NCBI GenBank assembly: GCA_049999805.1
Contig: JBNGIO010004087.1
Coordinates: 1 to 51,648, forward strand
Length of the DNA: 51,648 nt
Reading direction: 5' to 3'
Origin: Folioceros fuciformis
Taxonomy: Eukaryota
Of the stretch, positions 22,816 through 35,765 are shown piece by piece. Made by a program: the position numbers and the translations under genes. Position 1 is the first letter of the stretch, and each line of letters opens with the position of its first letter. The notes beneath the pieces were generated by a model. The model ran no database searches. It was not told the origin of the DNA and saw only the letters and a list, made by a program, of their open reading frames with translations.

Positions 22816-24014
22816 ACCTTGTTGCGTTGGTAGCCATTATTTTTCCTCCTTTTTTGGGTGTTCATGGCACCTCGCTCCAGCATCTGCAGACCCCACAGCT
22901 AAATTTGGATAAAGGCGGACAGAGGTTGCTGGAACAGCTTTGCTCCACATAGTTCTAGCAGAAACAAGAGGGCAAAGCCAAAAAGACCTTGCGTTTGCGG
23001 AATCCTTCGCACACAAAGGCCCACGTCACGGGCAAGGGCAAGAACACGGGCACGGGCACCGGCACGCGGGCGAGCGCACGGTAACACAACCGCCATCCGC
23101 TGATCCAGCCACACCCCCCTCCTCTAAAAACACTCAATGCCAACTCCATCGCCATCGCTTCGCTTGCCCTTGCAGTCCATGGACTGGGACACGTACTCCT
23201 CCTTCTCATCCATCCAGCTTATTAGCAAGCTTAAATATAGTTGTCAGGCTGTAATCGCCAAGGTGAGCGCCACTCAGTATAGCCTCAACCCCGCGTGGTG
23301 ATCTTAAGACGATTTCCAGGAGATGATCCTCGTCCTCATCCTCATCCTGCTCCTGCTCCTTCTCCAGCTACATTTGTTGGAAGCTTGGCAAATCGCAGAT
23401 TATGGATTTATGAAAGCAAGTTTGGTAACAGTGCTTCCCGCACCACAATCTCATGACACCACGATTCCAGGGCCAGCCCGACTGTGAAATGTGAATGGCA
23501 GCCGAGCTTACGCGTGGCCCTTCTCATATGCCTATACTACGACTACTGTAGTACACTACGTACATTCCCTCCCGATTGCTATGCGGGAATAACATTACTG
23601 TACATAGTGACATGCGCTCGTGACAGTCGGTCTCTTGGTTGCAAACTAACGCCGACCTGGCATACCGTCTCGGCGTTGGGAAGGCACTGGGTATCCATGA
23701 TGTCCTGGGTCGGGGCAGCACAGTCCGGCGCGGCACGGGATCCTAACAAGGGCCCCGCAGCGAAGCGAATGATGGTGCACGCAAATTTGAATCAGGCTCT
23801 TGTCTGCTTCATTGGAAGTACTCTTTGGTCCTATGTGCCCCACACTACATGGATGACACAAGCGGCACCAAGCCCGAGCTCTCATCACAACGCGGGCAGG
23901 CGGACATACGATGAACCCAGCTGCCACGCCTGCCTAGCGTGCTCTCCATGGCTCATCATGCGTCACTTCCCCTCCTCGCCATTTGCAACGGCAATGCCAA
24001 TGGCATGGTCGTCA

Positions 24015-25252
24015 TCAGGTCCGACACAGCCGGCGCAGGGTGACCGAAATGCGCCTATCCTGCCGGATGTGCTGTCCTTGCCACACCTGATGCCCTTCTC
24101 CTCGATTGATTTCATGACTCCATTTGTACCGCGCCTCTCCGGCCATCACCACCAAGTCACCTGGCATGAGTAGCACCGGTACCGCAATCTGCTCCTGCCC
24201 CTTCCCCTCTCCATCCCGCCCACCTTCGCATTCATTGAAGCGCATCACGCAGGCTGAGAGCAGGGATACTATGGCTATGCCGTCTTCGAACCGTAGTAGG
24301 TCTACATGCGCTTTGATCCCCTGCCATCACCGTCACCACAAGCAAGAGTACGTGCCACGCCTTGATGGGTCAGACATGCCACATGTACGTACGTACGTCA
24401 GGAAAGGAAGGAGTGATCAACCCACCTCGCCAGGCAGGTACGAGTTAACTATCATCTGGTCAAACAGTGGCTCCCGCTCCAGAATGGCCCTGGGAATGGG
24501 GCCCTGCTCACCTTCGCTTCCGGGATACAAGGGAGCGCAAGGGGTCACTACACTTGCCTTGATCTTGTCACTCAAGCTCCCAGCCCACCACGGTAGCTCT
24601 CCGAATCTCATTGCCTGCTTCTTGCAACCACAGTAAATAAAACGTCCATAATCATCTCTCCCAACGATTCCTCTCAACGAACATACCTGATTTTGTGTAG
24701 GATCACCAAACCAATTCTCTACATTGGCAAGCACAACCCGCGAGGAATAAGACGCGCGCCTACTTCCAACCTCACAATGACTAAACTGAGTAAATAAAGG
24801 GAAAGTTAAAACTGTCAAGCTTCCGACGTTGAGCCGGCGTCCACACCTTCATAGATGGCCCTAAGTAGAGCCTCTTGATCCATGTCTGACAGGAAGTTCC
24901 TACACAAGGAAAGACCGGGAACCTCCTCAATCCTTTGCCACTTCGTCTCCTCCGCCTCCGCCTCCGCCTCCGCCTCCTCCCTGGCGATCTAGATTGCCAC
25001 CATCAGGAGATAATGAACTCAATGCACCTCAACGCCGGTCACCATCAATCCTCAACTACACACTCAACTACGCCCATCCACTCAGCCTGTACATGATCCC
25101 AGTTCAGGGCTTGGAAGCAACTCTTCCTCCGAAAGAACTTCAACAGCTGTGGTAGTCACACTCACAGTTTGCTGCGCAGCCCAGAAGGGATCTTCCTGCA
25201 CTTCGTCGTCCGTGTCCGACTCTCCGAACACGCTCTGCATTACATCGTCCAT
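24015..25252 (-). CDS. AlkB-family Fe(II)/2-oxoglutarate dioxygenase (ALKBH8-like catalytic domain), multi-exon
   Basis: Spliced fragments MDDVMQSVFGESD, WQRIEEVPGLSLCRNFLS, QAMRFGELPWW, REPLFDQMIVNSYLPGEGIKAHVD (HxD), LLMPGDLVVMAGEARYKWSHEI (His), RISVTLRR (RxxxxxR); the end of exon 1 is uncertain. Confidence 0.88.
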
Positions 25253-25469
25253 AGCACCCGCTGGAGAAAACTGCACATGTTCCTCACTCGCGTTGCGCGA
25301 CACATATGTACGCTTGTAGAGCGTACTAAACTCTGGTAGTCTGACTAGTATGGAAATGGTCTCCGATCACTGAAAGGAGGAACAGTTCTGGTATGTGCAC
25401 TGTATTGGCCCTATTGGTTCAATTTCAGATTTAATGCCCGTAACTAACGTAATAATCATGCTTCCAATC

Positions 25470-28151
25470 TTATTTTTGTTCACCGTCCGAGAGCCAGTCC
25501 GCGCGCCATTCCGTTGCAGCGACGAGAATACGGTCCGTCGCCCACCCTGAAGCAATGAGCTGCCAAGTGACAGACTAGTTGGTTACAAACAGATCAAAAA
25601 GTCAATCATCTTCCAAAACCTGACAAGAAAATTGCTTTCTTACGTTGTCGACGAACGCTGGAAACTCCTGTTGCATCCAAGCAAGGCACTCGAACTCGGC
25701 ATCGTCAGTTCCCATAGAACCACTCAAACTCGATTGCAATGTCTGACCCAACAAACACGCATGAACGTAGGCTACAAACAGATCCCGGGCTATTGCATCC
25801 TTATGAAGGACAACTTGAATATCATTCTGGACAGCTATAAGATAGCGCCCTGGAGAGCAGGTACAAGCTCAGCACATACACACACTGAAGAGCTTCGACA
25901 AAGCGTAAGAGAAAAACCAGCACGTTGCAGTGATTCCAGGAGCATACAACCTTCTCCATATCTCCGAATCAAAGCATGGAACGAGTCGTACCTGCAATGG
26001 ACGAGAATGTGGTTACTTACGTGCTGACACTGAAAAGTCAACGTCGTGAACTTTCACGAAAAAAGGACCAGACAAATTCGGTACCCTGTGAGGGCTGCCA
26101 CCGAAGAGACACGTGCTCCGAATATGACGTCTTTCTTCCCTGTTACACCACCACCTTGCGCGTCCTTCAACCATTTCATCCTTGGATAGGGAAACACCAC
26201 CTCCACAGCAGATACTTGACTTGGCGACAGCACTGACGTAATACGAGGTTATGAGTTCATAGCACGCAGGATACTTACTAGACTTCACCCCCGCCAATGT
26301 GGCAAATACAAATGAAGACAAATGGATTGCCAACACACCTTTTCCATCACGCATGTAGCTCTGAAGGATTATAGTCAACCTCTCAGGATTCAAGCTAGTC
26401 AGACAGAGGCAACGTACAGCTCTAAAATTTGCTGCCCATCCAAAAATGGGATTGTAAGGAAATGCTAAAACAATTTCACCACAGGAAAAGAAGAAGATGG
26501 TGTTCAGCGATCAAGCAGCAAACAAACGAGAGGCAAGAGACTGTTTGCTTCAAAAACTCACCATACATGTGAAAGCCTGTTAGAAGAAGAAAGAAAATCC
26601 AGACTGCTAAGGGGTATCCAGATGTTACACGGGCGAGAAGCAAGCCCAATATCATGCCTACGAGAGTTGCGGCCGTCTCCTGGCTACCTTCCTGCAGATC
26701 GAATGCTGTCAGGGAAATTCTGCAGTAACTCGAACTGGCTTTGCAAGCATTGCAAACGATAGATTTCCCTGCCTTGGCAGAAACATCGGCTGCATTCTTC
26801 TGAAGTGCAAAATGTTGAGTTAAGGCAGCCCTTGTGGCTCCACTAGCAACGCCAGCTACAACAAGCGAGGGCACACGTTAAGACCCGAACATACGACACT
26901 GATCAGCACCACACTATCACGACAAACTTATTGCTCCAAGCCACATTTTGTCCTTACTTACTGCTCGTGCAGCACTTCCCAAGCAAAGCAGTGCCACAAA
27001 AGCACGAGGAAATAAGGGTGAAATCAAGTCCATCAGCATGCCTACAAACACGATAGGAAAGCTGTGTCAGAAGCACAAAACACAAACCTAAACCACTCTT
27101 GCCCATTGAAGTAGAAGCATAAGTATCTGAAGTAGCTTTGGGTACTCACCGACGTCATTCATAAAGTCTGCAGCAAGTCGCCATTGTTTTGCACTGCTAT
27201 CAAGATTTGAACCCTACTGACATGGATCAGGAGGTCATGACTTGACAGTACTCGAAGGGATGCACCATTGCATGCAAAAAGGTGATGAGACCTGATATAG
27301 AGTAAACAGAATCCCTCCCAACATGCCCGTGAAGTCCCGGAGAAACCACTGAACGCAACCAAAATGTTAGCTGTTAGCAGACCTAAACGATTTGCTGGAA
27401 ACGGTAGAAAGAAAGTACCTGAAATGTTGCTCCGACAACAGTGGCCCTCGTCTCTCCAACACCTAACGCTCCCAGGAGAGCCTAAATACGTAATTAAGTG
27501 TGCCTCATGAGACAGGCAAATTTTCTGTTTCTGCGAAAAAGGAGACAGTATTGAGCTTCTAAAGCTGGACCTGTAGGCAGCCTTTTACCTGTGTAGAAAG
27601 CATGCTCCGAATGTAAGTGGAGACTCCCTGTCGACAGTACACGGGACTGTGTCAAAACACAGGGTACAGTGACCACATCAAAACTGGGCCTGAAACCTCC
27701 TCTCGAATCACCTGTAAAGTATCCCAAGTCTGAAAGGACAAATAGTCGGCAGTCACACTATTCGGGAATCCCTGCAAAAAGCGGACAAAAAGAAGAAAGT
27801 GAGGCGCAAATTCATAGCAGAAAAGAGGCGGATTGACATATTTAGCGGACAAACTTGCCTCGGGCAGAAATGCAGCTCGCAAACTGTCCAAAGCACCGAA
27901 AGACTGTCTCCCTTCCCTGCATCACCGGAAGGAGGGCTCTTCAGTACAGAAATTTCACCGTTACAGGATAACACATGTCCGTTCACTAGGAGGTGCTACA
28001 CACAGAGGTCACTTCACCAGGAGAAGCCAAGGAGAGAGCGTAGGAGATGTCACCGGAAGATTGTGAAGCGGAGAGACTTGGGGCCGAGGAGTGCAGTCCG
28101 CACAGGCCGGGCACGGTCTGTCCGAAACTCCTCCACAATGACGGCCGACAT
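25470..28151 (-). CDS. ROOT UVB SENSITIVE family (DUF647) protein, RUS3-like, about 15 short exons
   Basis: Spliced motifs AFLPEGFPNSVTADYLSFQTWDTLQ, ATFQWFLRDFTGMLGGILF, LDSSAKQWRLAADFMND, GVASGATRAALTQHFALQKNAADVSAKEGSQET, HMYANFRAV..LNPERL; ends EWRADWLSDGEQK*. Confidence 0.9.
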
Positions 28152-28451
28152 GCCGATGTGAAGTGGCCCCACTCAGCGCAAGCTGCCAATATTGCCGGTT
28201 GTAACGGATAAAGTGCTTACCTCTCCTGGTGTGGGATCGCAGGGAAAGATAAGAGTTGCGCCTCCCGAAGACGAAGCAGCCGGCAGCAAGGCCGCAAGCA
28301 TCCAAGAACAGCCCAGCCGCGTCCAAGTTATTTAATCTTCGTGAACCTTAGTTGTCAGCTCCTCCGGCCTGCCAAGTCTAGGCGGCAACGAACGTGGCGG
28401 GGCGGCGAAAGAAGCCAGGCTAGCAGGTGTGGAGGACTTGCTTGCCGGTCC

Positions 28452-28459
28452 TATATAAA
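28452..28459 (+). promoter_or_regulatory. Probable TATA box of the small Cys-rich gene
   Basis: TATATAAA in GC-rich context ~220 bp upstream of the ATG at 28674. Confidence 0.5.
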
Positions 28460-28673
28460 CCACCTTCCGATTCGCAGATTTATCACTCCCGTACTCGCTC
28501 CACTCATTACTCACGGCAGCCAAGCCAGCAGCAGCTCACCTGCTCCTCCTCGTATAGACGGACACGCCGGTTTCTGCTATTGATTTCACGATCTGCCCTT
28601 CCTTACCGCCTCCTCAATCGGCCTTCTTGTGCGCGTGCGCAGGTGCAGGAGCTTTCAACCCGAGCTCGGCAAA

Positions 28674-28865
28674 ATGTGTTTCGCGGTTTCCTGCAGCAAG
28701 TGCGGGAACACGAGCTGGCAAGGGTGCGGCCGCCATGTGGAAAACGTGTACAAGGGAATTCCGCAGGGCAAGCACTGCATGTGCAAGTCCTGGCCGGGAG
28801 TGCAGCTCCCGGGAGCAACATCTGCCGCGCCCGCTCCTCCCGAGTGCGCCAAGACGGCTAAGTGA
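28674..28865 (+). CDS. Small (63 aa) Cys-rich uncharacterised protein, putative metal-binding
   Basis: MCFAVSCSKCGNTSWQGCGRHVENVYKGIPQGKHCMCKSWPGV has the MC...C..CG..W.GCG.H pattern I recall from an uncharacterised family; good AAAATG start context. Confidence 0.75.
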   Translation: MCFAVSCSKCGNTSWQGCGRHVENVYKGIPQGKHCMCKSWPGVQLPGATSAAPAPPECAKTAK

Positions 28866-29244
28866 TTTCACGTCAGCATCCGGTGAATAATGTGTTGCGA
28901 TTAGCCTAGTCTCTGTTTCTACGAGGGTAGTTCGTCCGGCAAAGATGGAGCGTCCGATGTAGCGGCAGGAGACCGATCACACAGACACAGCAACAACACT
29001 CCGTTGTGGCCACTGCAGCAGAGCTTGCAACCAGCTGCAGCAGAGTCGGATATACAGTTAGTCTAATACCACGACTTTGACTGATAGTACGAGATGTGTG
29101 GATGTAGACAAACATACCATCCAAACGTTGTAGGCGTCTACACGTAACGACACTACCCACATACATATCTACCAGTGTTTAAGCGAATTGTCTATTTCTA
29201 CCTGCTACAATGCATGGCCTTGGGAGATGGTACGAACGGCCCTT

Positions 29245-31025
29245 CTATAGTCCAGTGGCTGAGCATGGTACGCACTCCAGATCCTCTCTATCTCCTTCCA
29301 GCTCTTCCCTGAGTATAGAACTCAAGGAACCCCGTCTAGAACTGCAGCTCTTATCAAGAAGCCGGTCTATGATGCCTGGAATGTGGTGGCTGTGACGCAT
29401 GCAGAACTCAGCGGTCAGGATTTGCTGCTCCTCGGGAATCAGATCTCCGTGACAGCCCTGCTAAGACCAACAAAACAACAATCGGTCAGCTGATGCTGTC
29501 CAGTGGTGAAGGCTTCTGAACCTTGAGAGTACCCGACTGTGCTTACCAGTCGTGAGACTCTATCGAAGGCAGCATAGTGCATCAGGATACCAGCTGCAAC
29601 AGACACGTTGAAGGAATCCACCATGCCAGTCATTGGGATACTGCAGCGCACATCGGAGAGGGATATTGCTTCCTGAGATATGCCCCTGCAAGTCCAGGTG
29701 ATGAAGGTCACAGGTGGGTAGGAGAAGGGCGTGGGAAGTGGCGGGTGCCAGTACTCACTCGTCCTCGTTTCCGAATATCACAGCTGTGGGAATGGTCCAA
29801 TCCATGTCATGAATAGAAATCTGTGAAAGGCAGCCACAAGGCATTAATACAGTGCAACTCCGCAGATACAACAACAGTAGCAACATCACGCCGGACCCTC
29901 ACAGTATCAGGAGCTATATGTGTCACAGCGATGCGATATCCACGAGCCCTGAGTGCTTCCACACAGGAAGCTGTGCTAGCCCAACTCTCAACGTCCAACC
30001 ATTTCTCAGCTCCAACACTTACTCGCCTGTTTTTCCTATACCTGAGGGCAAGCCAGACATTTGCCGTCCCCTCAATCTCCGCAACAAAGTCACTGCAATT
30101 CCATGCGAGCAACAGAAATAGAGCATTGAAAACACCTATGAGACCGGGACCATTCCCCAGAAGCCCAACCTTTTGTTTACTCGGTTTGAAACGACATGGA
30201 CAGACTGATATCCCAGAGCATCAGCTGATCTGAACACAGCCGCCACGTTGCCGGGGTCTAGCAATCCCTCCACCACAGGGCAGACTGTGTAGGTTCGATT
30301 GGCCACCACACCCTCGATTCTTTGCCTACGACCATCGACCAGGAACGGTTCCAGCATCTCCAGAATCACCTTGCTGCTCAGAATGGGAGCCTCTTCATTC
30401 AGCCTGAACTCGTCCAAGTATGGGAACCATTTCGTCCTGGAGGTGGGCTGCTCCTCACTTATCGTGCTTCCTTGCCCTCGCAATCCACCTGCTTCCCCCA
30501 GATCCTGGCTACACCTCGACCCAGTGAGGGACCCGTCAATGAGTGCGCTCTGTGCACCATGATCTACAAGCAAAACGACATAATTTGTCATGGCAGCAGA
30601 GCATCGCACGGCCACATGACGGTCTGACGTGAACGAATTGGTGAGAAGAAAATACCAGCGACAGCTTCCACGGAACTGGCACTCCCCGTCTCCGGTCTGA
30701 ACCTGGGTGTGAAGCCCGGGACTCTAGGGTAACGCTGCGGCCGCCGGACACCCCCTTTTGGACGCTGCTTGCAGGGAGGGACGGTCACTTGAAGTGCTCC
30801 TAACTGTGCACCGAGATGACCTGCAATACTTAGAAGTGGGGGAGCACTGGAATTACGTTGAGCTCCCCGCAGCACAGCTCCAGGCCTGTACATGTCCGTC
30901 GTGCCGGCCCCCGTAAACGAGCGCATCCAAATCCATCTTCTCCTCAACCTTGGAGCAATGCTGCGTGTAGCAGCTGTCCATGCAATACCGCTGAGGACGG
31001 GGTTGCAAAGAAGGCGTACGCACAT
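29245..31025 (-). CDS. SpoU/TrmH-family tRNA/rRNA 2'-O-methyltransferase, probably organelle-targeted
   Basis: Spliced motifs VVEGLLDPGNVAAVFRSADALG, VSVGAEKWLDV, PTAVIFGNED-GISQEA and CSIPMTGMVDSFNVSVAAGILMH (SPOUT motifs 1-3); last exon GCHGDL...SATGL*; 5' exon structure uncertain. Confidence 0.88.
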
Positions 31026-31151
31026 TTCCAGAGAGCCTGGCGAAGAGGGCACCAAGGCGGCTTTGAACACGGTAGCGATGAATGTCGTGCGCGTGGGAAG
31101 AGGTAAAGCTGTCTTGTCATATCAATTTAAATAGCTTCAAGGCAGAATGTC

Positions 31152-31225
31152 GGCCTATTAGCTCAGTTGGTTAGAGCGTCGTGCTAATAACGCGAAGGTC
31201 ACAGGTTCGAGACCTGTATAGGCCA
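31152..31225 (+). tRNA. tRNA-Ile (anticodon AAT), nuclear type
   Basis: GGCCTAT/ATAGGCC acceptor stem, TAGCTCAGTTGG A box, anticodon loop CT-AAT-AA, GGTTCGAGACC B box, discriminator A. Confidence 0.95.
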
Positions 31226-33039
31226 ATTTACAATTCACGTGGGCCATTCGCATGCATCAGTAGCATTTTGGTCCGTGCAAACTTTCTCTAATTCTAAGGT
31301 TTAAGGGAATAAGGTGCGAGAATTCTTCTTCGTTCTTGATTTCTGAAGTGACGTGGAGCCCTAAGATCAGTATGTATGCAGAAGATGCCACAGTACGGTC
31401 CATATCGGTGTTCGATAGAAATGCACCAAACGGTGTGGTACCCACATTTCACCACTGGACCTATTAGAGTTATTACACCCAATAGAACGATAGATTATTC
31501 TTAGAGCTCATTATTTCTCAGTTAACAATTTGCGTGAAGGACTTTGCAAGGATGAATGCTTGGATGAGATAAAGGCGCCTAAGGAACGTTGTAAGGATGA
31601 ATGCTTCGTTTAGAAAAAGGTGCTCGGGCTGAGCCGCAGCAGTTTGCAGACGCGCTGCAGCCTGAAAAAGATAACTAAGAGCTGTAGTGTGCCTTCGTAG
31701 GTTGCAGGGCAGAGCCAAGCTCCCATATATGGCTTTCGCTGGTCATCTCTGCAACGCAACTTCGCATTGGAGGTCAGCAGCACCGCGTCAGAGTCCGCTT
31801 TCACAGACCACATTACGAGAAGAGGACAAGCCCTGGCATTCCAGACTCCCAGTGCGTTCCACCAGCAGTTAAAACGCGGATTCAAGGTGCCAGATCGCCC
31901 GTGCAGAGAGCAGAACCCTTCCTTCTCGCTCGCCCGTGTATTTTCTCACATAAAGAAAGGGGTTAGAACCTGCCCTTTTCTTCGATAGACGGGTGGACAG
32001 ATCACAGCCATGCGCGAAGGTTTTGAACAGAGTACGAGTACAATTTTCCGAAGGACCCCGGGACAAGGATCGATCACAAGCGATGAGAAAACATTTCGGA
32101 GAAAGATTTTAAAGAACGTATGGCCTGATAAGGTTAAGCCGCTGAAACAGTGATCCAAGAAACAAGGACGGCAGACCCGCAGTGTGTCGAAAGCAACACA
32201 ATTCCGAGGCACACTGCCCACCCAGTCGTACCAACAGACACAAGGACGCAGGACCTTTGGCTCATGTGAAGATATTCAACCATTGTCTTTCGTGTGCTTC
32301 ATTGGGTTCACCTCAGAAGCGCGGATATTCTTAATCATCGCCGACAGACATACACGTCGAACGTCGTACAAGACTAGGAGCTCAGATCACTACCAGTTTT
32401 CACTCACTGTTCATCAGCAGCAGAACTGACTTGATACTGGTTGAATGACTCATCACAGCTCAAGGCCAGACCAGATAAAGCATCTGACGGCGGCCTTCCC
32501 TAATAACCTAAACCTAAACATGCGACTCAATTCGACAAGGACGCTTGCATATTGCAACCCATTCGAGGCTGGCTGCACAGGACGATTCACGGCATCCCGG
32601 AGGGGCTGACAGTACTGTAGCCACAATCCAAAACATTCCGAGCCACAGCCGTGGTGTTTCAAGCCCGACCACCCGAATGCTCTGCCAAAGATTGAGGCGT
32701 GCCTGCAACAAGCAAGTGCTCCCTACAACAGAACGCAAGGGAATCAACAGACATGGAGATGACAAGATGGAAGACAACGTTTCCAACGGACTATTTCAGA
32801 ACTAGGGAGACATTAATTTCTGCGTCAGGAGTGATACATCTGGCCCACTTGCCAAGAGGCATAGACCTCCACTGAGTTTAAGCAATCGAAGTAAAACTTC
32901 ATCATCCACAAAGACCAGAACCCATCCCCGACACTCCGGCCAGTCGCACCGGCACCGCCACAACTCGACTTGGGTCAACAACTGCAGCGTTGGAGGCAAT
33001 CAGTTGAAAAAGAAACAGAATACCCGGACTCGACCAACG

Positions 33040-33790
33040 GCGACGACAACAACGCTACTACCCCGCCAAGGGCTCGTGCCTGAGACTACCCTAAGTGACA
33101 ATGGCGACAACAACAACGCCACTACCCCGCCAAGGGCTCGTGCCTGAGACTACCCTAAGTGACAATTGCGACAACAACAACGCCTCTACCCCGCCCAGGG
33201 CTCGTGCCTGAGAATAACCGAAGTGGTAAAGGCGACGTTCTGTTCTTATACAGAGACTCGTGGATTTAGGGCTTCCGAGTTAGGGCTAAGCTAGCTGTAG
33301 ACAAGAGCAACAACAACAATTCTAGTCGTCTTCCAGCAAAGAGAAAGCAGACTCCGAGTAATGAGGGCTTCCTAGTTAGGGCAGGAAAACAACACCGCGT
33401 TCACTGACGAGGGGCTCCCTACGTAGGACAGGATATCAACACAGCGATCGATGAGGGCTTCCTACTCAGGTCAGAATACAGCGCGGCGTTCAATCAGGGC
33501 CTCCTCCTTAGCGCGCGAACACAACACAGCACTCGATGAGTGCTTCCGACCTAGTGTGGAACAATAACACGGCGATCTATGAGGGCTTCCTGATTAGGAA
33601 AGGCAAACAGGTTTCAAGCCGGGGCACTGTAAGAGGAGGAAAGGCCCAAGCCTAGCCAAGTAGGCTCCAGAGGCGTAGCCAAAGTACAGGAAGCAAGGTT
33701 TCCCGGCATACGCTAAACACGCTTCTCTTGTCACCTCCTCCCGGCATACGCTAAACACGCTTCTCTTGTCACCTCCTCCCGGCAGCCGAG
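33040..33790. repeat. Cluster of three tandem-repeat arrays (~63 bp x3; degenerate ~45 bp x5-6; 38 bp x2), probably inside a degenerate transposon
   Basis: ACAACAACGC.ACTACCCCGCCAAGGGCTCGTGCCTGAGA x3; GATGAGGGCTTCCTA...AACAC.GC recurring; CCGGCATACGCTAAACACGCTTCTCTTGTCACCTCCTC x2. Confidence 0.75.
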
Positions 33791-34180
33791 GAAGCAAACA
33801 CCTTGCTTCTCGGGAATCGTACTCGGCTACGCTTGGACGTTCAGGAGTTCCACAACCGAAGCCCTAATTTGAAAGCAGTTTACTCGACGTAGATTTTAGC
33901 TCCTACCAACTATGACCCTTGATTGAAGGCTTGCTGTTCATTTGGACTAAACAGATTTATCCTCGTTTATACTCTTAAATTTAATTCCACCCGAAATGAA
34001 GAAGCCCTAATGCACACCCAGTAGCATAAGAGCTACACACTCGATTTGTCTCCACCCGACGCTGAGACTCCAAGTCATGAATTTCCGGGGTTGTCAGCGA
34101 TTAGGAGCGCATCTTTACCACCATACAGGTCTTTCATGTCCATCTTGATGTGCTGGTGATCAAGGAGTTTGCCCAGGAAG

Positions 34181-35200
34181 ATGTCGTTTTCTGCGGCTCA
34201 TGTAGATCCTGCTCGTAAGGTTGTGTGCGTTTGCTGCTTTTCTTCTTTCTCTGCCTTCGGTTCATCCCTGTGAAACCAAATTTGCTGTTGGACTTATGTT
34301 CTGTGCGATGCGAAACTCAACTGCAACTGCTGCTGAAGAGGTCGCTCTGCTGCTGGCTGTGGATTGCTCAAGCTGGCCTGTATTCACTCTGGCTTGTTGA
34401 TGGAGTGTGGGTCGTCTTATTGCTTGCTCTTGTGGATTTTAGTTTCTCTACAACGAGGAGCATCCAATAGCTAGAGACAGCTCTTGGATCACCGGAACTA
34501 CGGCTGCGGAAAATGAAACCGATGCCTCTAGTTCCAGAGGGATTGGGCATCCTCCTCGGCCCCCTTCCCACGCAGCAGGAGGTGGAGCTGAAAATGGAGG
34601 GGCTAACACCTCCGATCGCTGGAGTGCAGCATTGTCAAATGTCAGAGAGCTAGGAAGCTCGTTAGATGCTGTGCAGCGGCTTCTGGTTGGGAAAGCTGTG
34701 TACTTGGATGAGGATCCGTTCACGAATGCCTCCGAGAATGCGCAGATCACACGAACAATGAGGGTGAGTTTCTCTGTTTAAACGATCATTATCTTGTGAT
34801 ATTCGTTTCTTGAAGCCTTTCGTTTGCGTTTGATCAGGCCCAGGAGAGACGGATACAGGCGCTTGAAAGAGAGCTAGATGCTGCTGTGATAGCTGCAGGG
34901 CACGCTCGGGCGGAGAGAAAACAAGCTGAAATAGCTCAACGTGCAGCTGAGAGCCGCACCCAGCAAGTACTAGAAGAGCTGGAGAACACATCTAGTAAGT
35001 TTTCCCGCATATTTCCTTCTTCCAAAGGTGATTCGTCGGACGCTCATTTTGTTTTCCTTGGCCACATCCCAGAGGTCTTCAAGGTACACTTGGAGGAGCT
35101 CCGCGCCAAGTCCGAAGAAGTTCTTCAGAAGTCTGCTGAAATAAAAGTTTTGAAAGCCATTATAGAAACACTCACTGCCAGTGGTCCTAAGGGCAAGTGA
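34181..35200 (+). CDS. Conserved plant coiled-coil protein of unknown function, 4 exons
   Basis: Spliced MSFSAAHVDPARK / ..DRWSAALSNVRELGSSLDAVQRLLVGKAVYLDED..ITRTMR / AQERRIQALERELDAAVIAAGHARAERKQAE..ELENTS / KVFKVHLEELRAKSEE..KAIIETL. Resembles an uncharacterised angiosperm family; first exon and its acceptor uncertain. Confidence 0.75.
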
Positions 35201-35765
35201 AGGGACACAACGGAACCTTTCCCGTCTGGTCAGACGTAATGGCAGTCTCGGCCGTTGCGGCCACGGCCAAAAGGCTGTACGATTATGTTCACGTCCGTCC
35301 TGTACGTACTTCGCAGACCGCAATGTACAATGAAGAGTTGCAAAACAGCCGCACGAGCTTCAGCCGCATACCTTGGAAGGACGAATTCGCTTTCATTCCC
35401 GCCCGTGTATGAGTGAGGGAAAAGTTGTTTCACGACAGCATCGCACACTGCTCGGATTGTAATCGACGGGAATAACAAACCGCTTACCTAGTAGTAACCT
35501 TGACCCAACGCCAGGATCTTATACCATCCGGACACCTGCTCTCCACATTGGAGCTTGCCGAAATTCCCAACTTGCGTGCGCGTCGAGCTCAATATCTGTC
35601 TGCACTTGGGACAGCTGCTCCTGCGTGGTGCGAGCAACAGCAGATGATGGTAGGGATATGGGTGCTTAAATTCCGCATTACACATCCCGTGGAAGCACAT
35701 ATCCCTGTTGAGTCCCATGACCGGCCGGGGACAGCTCTCCATAATGCCAAGGTCAGTTTATGCGA

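Noticed and set aside
23484-24173. 229-aa plus-strand ORF antisense to the AlkB 3' end
   Set aside because: GTG start, no recognisable motif, overlaps a real gene on the opposite strand
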